Below, piece by piece: positions 56,501-64,000 of a stretch of DNA of 64,000 nucleotides. Below the pieces are notes generated by a model. That model was not told where the DNA came from, made no database searches, and saw only the letters and a list, made by a program, of their open reading frames with translations. The stretch is from NCBI GenBank assembly GCA_002269645.1, contig NIVC01000907.1, forward strand, positions 186,001 through 250,000, written 5' to 3'. Each line of letters opens with the position of its first letter. Within the stretch, counting starts at the first letter, position 1. The position numbers and the translations under genes are program-made. The stretch is from Macrostomum lignano. Its lineage: Eukaryota.

Positions 56501-59500
56501 TTAGTGACGGACGGCACTTCCATCTCACCCACTTCCATCTCACCCACTCCCATCTCACACACTCCCATCTCACACACTCCCATCTCACTCACTCCCATCT
56601 CAACCACTCCCATCTCATCCACTCCCATCTCACTCACTCCCATCTCAACCACTCCCATCTCACCCACTCCCATCTCACCCACTCCCATCTCACACACTCC
56701 CATCTCACTCACTCCCATCTCAACCACTCCCATCTCACTCACTCCCATCTCAACCACTCCCATCTCACCCACTCCCATCTCACCCACTCCCATCTCACAC
56801 ACTCCCATCTCACACACTCCCATCTCACTCACTCCCATCTCAACCACTCCCATCTCACTCACTCCCATCTCAACCACTCCCATCTCACCCACTCCCATCT
56901 CACCCACTCCCATCTCACCCACTCCCATCTCACCCACTCCCATCTCATCCACTCCCATCTCACCCACTCCCCTCTCCCTCACTCCCATCTCACTCACTCC
57001 CATCTCACCCACTCCCATCTCACTCACTCCCATCTCACCCACTCCCATCTCACCCACTCCCATCTCACCCACTCCCCTTCCATTGTCTTTGGGAAGCCTC
57101 TCCCATCTGTTTTGCTATCGAGTGCGTTTGCTAATTCAGCAGTTTTTTTAATTTACAGGCATTTTGCAAGAGAAGTGAATCCTTTGCGCCAAAAAGCCTA
57201 TATTCGAGCTGTAATTCATCATGAATCTTATTCGTAGAAAATGTAGCCAATTAAACTATGCAGCACCTTCATGAATTATTCATGCCTGTAGCTAATTGTC
57301 AACTAGATTGCTTGCTAATTCTACCAACAGCTGCACGCCATATTTTAAACCCTGCTTGTCCGCTTGCTTCAGGCCGCTCCTAGCAGCGCATTTGGCAACG
57401 ACAGCTTGGGCCAAGCTCTCAACCGTCTGCGCAGAGCCGTGCGGAACAGCGCCATGAGGACTGCCGCGACCACCCCTGTGACACCCGTGACTCCCCTCAC
57501 CGCCGGGGTGAGACCTTTTCGGGTCAAATTCACTTTGATCATGCAGATGCGCACACATGTATCGGGCCTGTGTTCCAGAGACTGCTGGCCGAGTCCGAGG
57601 ATACGGACGTCCTGTCCGCCCTGCCTTCGTCTGCCTCGGCCGCCGCTAATGCTGCCAGCTTCGACGTCTACGAGCGGAGAAGATTCGACAGGGGAGGACG
57701 GGACGGAGCGTCCGGCGACGAGGAGGGGCCGGACGACTCTGGACAGGGTGACTCGCTGCTCAACCTGGTGGGTGGACAGGTCTTGATAGACAGACAGACA
57801 GACAGACAGACACTACGACACTAAGACAGACACTAAGACACTAAGACAGACAGACAGACAGACAGACAATCTTGACAGGCAGACAGACACTAAGACAGAC
57901 AGACAGACACTAACACAGACAGACAGACATCCTGACAGGCAGACACTAAGACACCCTGACAGGCAGACACTAAGACATCCTGACAGGCAGACAGACAGAC
58001 ACTAGGACATCCTGACAGGCAGACAGACAGACACTAAGACATCCTGACAGGCAGACAGACAGACCAAACACTTGTCACGAAATCTAACTTGCTAAATTGA
58101 TAAATTCCAGTGCCAGGACAGTTAGGCTTCATCATTTCCTAATTGCTTTCACAGTCTACTTCTAGCGCACGCACCACACTATTTGCAATTCATCAACTTG
58201 TGCGCGTGTCATTATTTTTGTTATTGTCGCCTCGCAAACGCCTCTCTGAGTGATGCTGGATCAGTCTTAGGATAGGTAAAAGAAGAAGCTTCATCATCAG
58301 TATTATTCTCTCTGGCTAAGAGAGCAGCCGTGCTCAGAAAGATAGATTTGCGCCTGAGATGGCTATCTTGTGAAATAACACTAATTAGTTGCGTATTCAG
58401 TCAAACATATACCTGCTAGGGACCGGGCCTGTTTGTGCATTCCAATATTCTGAGCAAGTTCATCACAGTTGTATTGTAGTAGCTCAGCCTCTTTGTAGGT
58501 TTTATTCTGTTTAGACAAGAATTTTCAAATGCTCTCCGTTGACCCTTGGTGCCTCCAGTCTACCCTGGCTGCCCTGCTCTTGCCATCTCTGCGGCAGGTG
58601 TGCGCCAGACTGTGCGCAGCTTAGCAATTCAAATGCAGCAAATTGGATGGGGGAGAGAGGCTGGTTAGAGTCTGAGATGGGGGAGATGAGGGTTGGGGGA
58701 CTGGAGGGGCAGCGTTATTCGAACTCTTGGTATTCATTCCGCTGCGAACCTCTGTGCTTGTGTGTCAGTGTGTAACCAGCCCCGGTCATTCTGTGTGTTC
58801 TGCCCCGCTGTCAGGCATAAATACTCGGGGCAATGCAAACAGAATTCCTATTAGTAAGCAAGACTTGTGCGCGTGTGTGCATGCAAGAGTAATAAATACA
58901 AAGCATTGAGCAGTCAAATATTGTTGTCTTCATCATCAAATTTGACTGAATCTGAGAACCCTTCCTATTCACATAGGCAGGAGAATCGCCTCTTAGAGTT
59001 CGCCAGCTGAGGCTGAGCAGCGCTGAGCAGCTACGATTTGCTGGCGAACTGTCAGACGAAGATATCGATACTGACCTGACAGGCCAGGCTCCTAATTGGC
59101 AAAGCCAGCGGTTGCCTTGGCAACAGGAAGCCTATCCTGAGAAGCAACAGCGGTCGTCTGAGGATTTGAGACCCGTCAGACGTGCGGTGAGTCATTAATG
59201 AGAAATTTGCTGGAATCTGACATTACCTGCTTGTGAGAATGAACAGGTGCAAGTATTGCACTGTGATTGACAGCTTGTTGCTGTGCATAGAAAATTCCGT
59301 TTTGTTACGGCTCAAATCTTTTTCTGTAGCTGTCAGTTGCAAGGCCTCGGTGGGTCATGCTGAGCTGCTTCTGTTACTGTTTCTGTCTCCCTCGAGGTTG
59401 CCCGTCATTCTACCTGTCTGCCCCTCATCTGTGTGCCCTTCAACCTGTCTGTCTGTCCTTCATTCTGTCTGCTTCCCATTCTTTCTGTCTGCCTCTCATT

Positions 59501-62500
59501 CTGTCTGCCCTCCGTTCTATCTGTCTGACCCTAATTCTATCTGTCTGCCTTCCATTCTATCTGTCTTCCCGCATTCTATCTGTCTGCCCCTCATTCTACC
59601 TGTATTTTCACCTGTCCCTGTTTACAATCAATACTGACACCTCCCAATGCCACAGCTGAGAAATCCCGAATCACGTTCGCGCCAAATTTTAAGCCGCTCT
59701 CAGCGCGATCTCAACAGAATCCGTCACATTAATTGGCCGCTATTCAATTCCAATCACGGAAGGCTGGCGGAGTTGCAAAAATTCGCAGCCCTAAAGGTGC
59801 TAAATTAACACGGCGTCACCTAAGCTGCGATTGTAAAAGCAAAGACCCCAAGTGGACCACTTCTCCTAGAAGAAGAGCTGCTGGTGAGGGGCAGGAGAGT
59901 GAGGCGTATTGTATTTTAAAGAAGCCAAATGGAAGCCAGCTCCATCCTAGCTGGTAGTGCATTGGCAACCAACCAACTCAATGAGCTGCAACAATGGATG
60001 AGAAATCTTGCCCAGATCCCCCGTTCCTCTAACTGCCAATCTTCGTCTCCCCCCCCCACTCTCTCCCTCCCTCCCTCCTCCCTTATTGAGCTCCCGCCCC
60101 CGTCATTGTATATATCAGAGCGGCCATTGTTCAGATTCAATATTGCATAGTGAATAAATACGCATATTTTCCAGGCCAGCGGAGCAACAGCTGCCAGGCA
60201 GCCAGAGGCGAACGCAAAGCAGCGCGGGAAATTGTTGAAAAAGCAGCAGCGGCCATCGGAGCAAATCCGTCTGCCAACGGAGGCCGAGCTGATTCTGAGG
60301 CAGCGGCAGCGGCAGATTCAGCAGCGCCAGGCCAGGCATCCCGACATGCTGGCAGTTCGACAGTCGCGAGGCGGCGATGACCACCAGCTGGACGAAGCTG
60401 GAGACTCTGCGGCGGCGGATGCTCAGTACGAAGACGACTTCGACGAGAACGCCGAGGATGTTTACGAAGCCGCCGACTCCGCTGCTGCCAGTGCTGGTCG
60501 CGGCGGCGGGCATCGGCGGCAGCAGCAGCGGGTGTCGATCATCACGCAGACCCGGCCGGTGAATCCCTGGAGCTCCGATTACGACGACGACGATGACGAC
60601 AAGGACAGTCAAGCAGAGCAGGACAGCCGCAGGCGGCAGCAGGCGCCGCCGTTGGCGTCCTCGTCGTTTTCAAAGTCGGCGCCGATGCCGAGACGGCCGA
60701 CAAGCCTGCCGCCGCCGGGACCTTCGGCCAGTGCTGGCCGCTCTGCTCGGCACTCGCAGCAGCAACAGCAGCAGCAGCAGCACAGGCAGCCGCGGCCGCC
60801 TAAGCGAAGCCTCTACGAGCCGATGTCCAGCGGCGAGGAGGGCGTCTTTGACGGCATCAATCGTCAGCTGACGTCGTTGAAAAAGTCGCTGAGCGACGAC
60901 TTGAGACATTCGCGCCGATTGGAGGCGGCTAACGCGAGAATACAGCAGCTGGAGGCCGACCTGCGGCGGAGGGATTTGCAGGTAAGGCTGGCCGGATTAG
61001 CGATTGGAATTCGGATCTGATTGGTGACTATCGATTCTAATATCGGTTGGATTAACTATGGAGATTAACAAATCGAATGTCAGTCGGATTAGCGATGAAA
61101 GTTAACGATTCGAATATAAATTGGATTAATTAGCGATTATGATTAAAGATTTGAACATTAATTTCATTAACGAATGGATTAACGATTCGAGTATCGATTT
61201 GATTAACAATAACATTTACAAATCAAATATCAATTGGATTAGCTTTAGGGATTAGTGATGATTCGAATATCGATTATATTGGTAAGTTTAATATCATATC
61301 AACAATGTAATGCTATTCTGTTAGCTAAAGGGTTTTTTGCAATTCGAATACTAATGGGATTAGCGATTTCTAAACCTCAGTAAGTTTTGATATAACTGTT
61401 AGTACACAATGCACTTTTTTATTTACCCAGGCGCAGCGCAGCGAACTCGAGCGAGCCCGCGAGCAGGACAGAAGCGCCTGGGAGAAGGAGATGATGTCCA
61501 CCGTGTTCGAGCTCAAGCGAGCCCAAGAAACCATCGACGATCTCACCGAGCGGCTCCGCGATCGCGAGCTAACCGACGCGTCAGCCACCAGGCAGCAGTC
61601 GACTCAAGCTCAGTCTGAGTCTATGGAGCTCAACCGTGTCCTTGATGCTCAGCGAGCCGAGATCATCAGGCTCAACGACCTGCTCGACCGTCTGGTTGGA
61701 GTCCGAGGCTCGGCCGACTCCGCCCAATCTGTGCCGGACTTCGCCCAGGTGCAGCGGGACGTGTTCGCCTTGAGGCACAACTTTGCCAGGGCCACCGCGC
61801 CCTACTCTCACCTGCTGGACCCTCAGCAGCAGCAGCAGCAAGCTATGCTGTCGCCAAAGCATCGATGGAGCGTCCCGAATCTCCATAACATGGCTGCTGG
61901 AGCTCCGCCAGATCTGCATGTGAGTCTACCGATATGTAGCGCAAGTAAATTTATTTAGGAGGCTAATTGCGTGCAGATCTCTTTGATATGTAGCGCAAAT
62001 AACTTTATTTAGGGGGCTAAGCACATGCGGATCGCTCCGATATGTAGCGTAAATAACTTTATTTAGGAGGCTAATCACATGCGGATCGCTCCGATATGTA
62101 GCGTAAATAACTTTAGTGCCAAATGAATATACGAATTTAGTAATAAATTTATTAATGGGCTTACGCATTCAAATGATGAAAAAGATTAATAATCACTAAC
62201 AGAAACAATCAAAAACGAAAAGCTTTATATATGCTGCTTCAAACTGTCAGTAGTATGTAATACAAACTTTAATGTTTCAGTAGAAGAATGCAATAAGAGC
62301 GGAGTAACTGCACTGCCTGAAGCCTGCACTGCATCAAACTCCGGAGCATTAACCTCTAGGTCTTCGTGCGGTTGTTTTTCTATTTTTATTCGACCATTCA
62401 TTAAGTCTTTGAGCTCCGTAGCCTTCCTGCCTGCCTGCCCTGCCCACCCGCCCTTCCTCGCCGCCACTCTCTGAATGAAAGGAGGCTGCAGCAATTCACG

Positions 62501-64000
62501 CATAATAGAAAAATGTAGACAGAGCGAGAGAGAGACAGAAATATTGAGACAGAGCTGTACTGGACTCTTTCTATCTCAACTTGATTGTGTAGCAGATTGC
62601 GCTGGGACTCTGCTGTGGAAGAGACCTGAGCCTCTATTTAGATACCGCATCTGTTTGCTGAGCAAGCAGCTCGCCAGCTCTCGAGGAAGATGAGTTCCAA
62701 GCAGCAGAAACTTTGATTTCTTTTTCCAATCAAACAGCCGAGCGTCAGCAACCCGGCATTCGGCATGGACCCGGCGATGTCTGCTTCTGCGCAGAGTCTG
62801 CAACAGCAGCAGCAACAGCAGCAGCAGGGTCTGTTCTGCAACGTGCCCGAGCACCACGACCTGGAGGACTACCTGCACAGCCTGCAGGACCGAGTCGCTT
62901 CTCTCCGACGTCGCCTTCGGGAACGTCGCCGCGCCGACAACGCCGAGGCGAAGGCTGAGCTGCAACGGCTTGAAGAGGCCACCCGGGACAAGCGGACCCG
63001 GCTGCAGGACTGCCGCGACGAGCTGGACCTGCGCCGGCGCGCCCTGGAGGAGGTTCGGGCGGAGACTGCGGCGGCTGAGCGGCAGCGAGATACTGCTCAG
63101 GACCAGCTGGCTCAGGCTGAGGCTCGCCTGGCCGCCATGGCTGCTCAGCGGTGAGCGATGGGGCAATGGGTGTGATGGAATGGCTTGGGGTTCTTTAATA
63201 GGCGCCAAACCCTGACTTGCTGGCACTAAATCTGTTTTCAGCTGGCGCCAGATCTGATGTCAGGTGGTGCCAGATCTGATGTCAGGTGGCGCCAGATCTG
63301 ATGTCAGGTGGTGCCAGATCTGATGTCAGGTGGCTCCAGATCTGATATCAGCTGGAGCCACATCTGTTGTCAGCTGGCGCCAGATCTGTTGTCAGCTGGA
63401 GTCAGATCTGATGTCAGCTGGAGTCAGATCTGTTGTCAGCTGGAGTCAGATCTGTTGTCAGCTGGCGCCAGATCTGTTGTCAGCTGGAGCCAGATCTGTT
63501 GTCAGCTGGAGCCAGATCTGTTGTCAGCTGGAGCCAGATCTGTTGCCAGGTGGCGCCAAATCTGATGTCTCGAAGCGCCACATGAAACAAAAATATATCA
63601 ATGATCTTGAAAATGCGCTAATTCACCTACACTAGCTACTGCCGATATGTATTGTAGTATATAAAGAGTTTGAGCATAAAAAACTGCCTCCTTAATTCCC
63701 GCGCAGCGAGCAGCAGTCGCGCGAAGAAACCCATCGGCTGGAGGAGGAGCGCGCCGCCGGCGTCAGCGCCGAGCTGCGCTGCCTGGACGCCAGCCTGGCC
63801 AAGCGGCAGGGCGAGCTGGCCGCCTGCGAGAAGCAGCTTGGCGAGGCTCGGGTAGACTTGGACACGGTGAAGCGCTTCGCGGCCGAGGCCGTGGCCAAGT
63901 CCGAGCGAGCGTCGGCCGAGTACGCCAAGCTGCTGGGCGAATGCGAGGAGTTGAGCAAGCGGTCAGCCGCCTCGGCCAGGGAGATGGCCAAGGCCAGCGA
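50546..64000 (+). CDS. CNTRL: Centriolin (LRR N-terminus + coiled coils), 5' part; continues beyond the window
   Basis: Exons 50546-50648, 51208-51386, 52176-52448, 52772-53152, 53988-54119, 54753-55285, 55992-56229, 57373-57507, 57579-57767, 58977-59186, 60175-60981, 61431-61919, 62738-63150 and 63707->64000, all GT-AG and phase-consistent. Centriolin motifs: GVRYITDAL, FIENL..L..LNLSYN (SDS22-like LRRs), HYELEQELVFYKMDEKF, ESPYVGKARY, CNVPEHHDLE. Exon 1 and the low-complexity middle exons are less certain. Confidence 0.9.
51440..52085. repeat. 20-bp GATA-based minisatellite (AGATAGATAGGTAGGCATGC)n
   Basis: CNTRL intron 2. Confidence 0.95.
53175..53642. repeat. 31-bp minisatellite (GGGTAGCAGCGGCCCGCACTGTAGGACCCGA)n
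   Basis: About 15 units, CNTRL intron 4. Confidence 0.96.
54122..54680. repeat. 20-bp minisatellite (GTGCCTGATGTGGCATTGCT)n
   Basis: Begins within the donor of CNTRL intron 5. Confidence 0.96.
55320..55765. repeat. ~39-43-bp minisatellite (GATTGATAGGTTGATGGGTTGATGATTGATCCATGGGTT)n
   Basis: CNTRL intron 6. Confidence 0.93.
56420..57078. repeat. 15-bp minisatellite (ACTCCCATCTCACCC)n
   Basis: CNTRL intron 7; source of the (TPIS)n and (GEMGV)n ORFs. Confidence 0.96.
57788..58066. repeat. (GACA)-derived compound repeat
   Basis: CNTRL intron 9. Confidence 0.9.
59395..59620. repeat. Degenerate ~18-20-bp repeat (CATTCTATCTGTCTGCCC)
   Basis: CNTRL intron 10. Confidence 0.75.
61930..62115. repeat. 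~55-bp tandem repeat (GATATGTAGCGTAAATAACTTTATTTAGGAGGCTAA..), ~3.3 copies
   Basis: CNTRL intron 12, starting just after the donor. Confidence 0.85.
63238..63572. repeat. 21-bp minisatellite (CCAGATCTGATGTCAGCTGGC)n
   Basis: CNTRL intron 13. Confidence 0.95.

Noticed and set aside
62570-62700. Extra centriolin exon after GTGTAGCAG
   Set aside because: The phase-0 reading hits TGA, and exons 61919/62738 already join in frame.

Overview
Eukaryotic (metazoan) genomic DNA. GC-rich exons are separated by introns and spacers packed with micro- and minisatellites. The style (GC-rich exons with poly-Ala/Gln runs, minisatellite-filled introns, TTAGGG repeats) suggests a flatworm such as Macrostomum; this is an inference only. 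I reconstructed seven gene models by hand from GT-AG sites and phase matching: (1) an orphan 2-exon ~157-aa protein starting MGC; (2) a secreted protein with two F5/8-type-C (discoidin) domains and an atypical F-type-lectin domain, 8 exons; (3) a ~1,110-1,130-aa protein with ~14 ankyrin repeats fused to a Mab-21/cGAS-like (cGLR) nucleotidyltransferase domain, with two unresolved frame breaks; (4) MOB2; (5) a FUBP/KHSRP/Psi 4-KH protein whose 45-nt first coding exon lies 11.5 kb upstream of exon 2; (6) an intronless divergent TRPV-like channel nested antisense in FUBP intron 2; (7) centriolin (CNTRL), which runs off the right end. Mobile DNA includes a frameshifted PHD-FLYWCH-MULE transposon, a decayed CpG-depleted Gypsy gag, three MITE-like families and an 8.1-kb head-to-tail Helitron-like dimer carrying two different satellites. 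A tRNA-derived SINE sits in TTAGGG-like repeats with a 14-bp TSD. The strongest candidate for an under-described system is the ankyrin-cGLR receptor. Most long ORFs in the supplied track are translations of tandem repeats. No database searches were run, so all family assignments rest on motif recognition.
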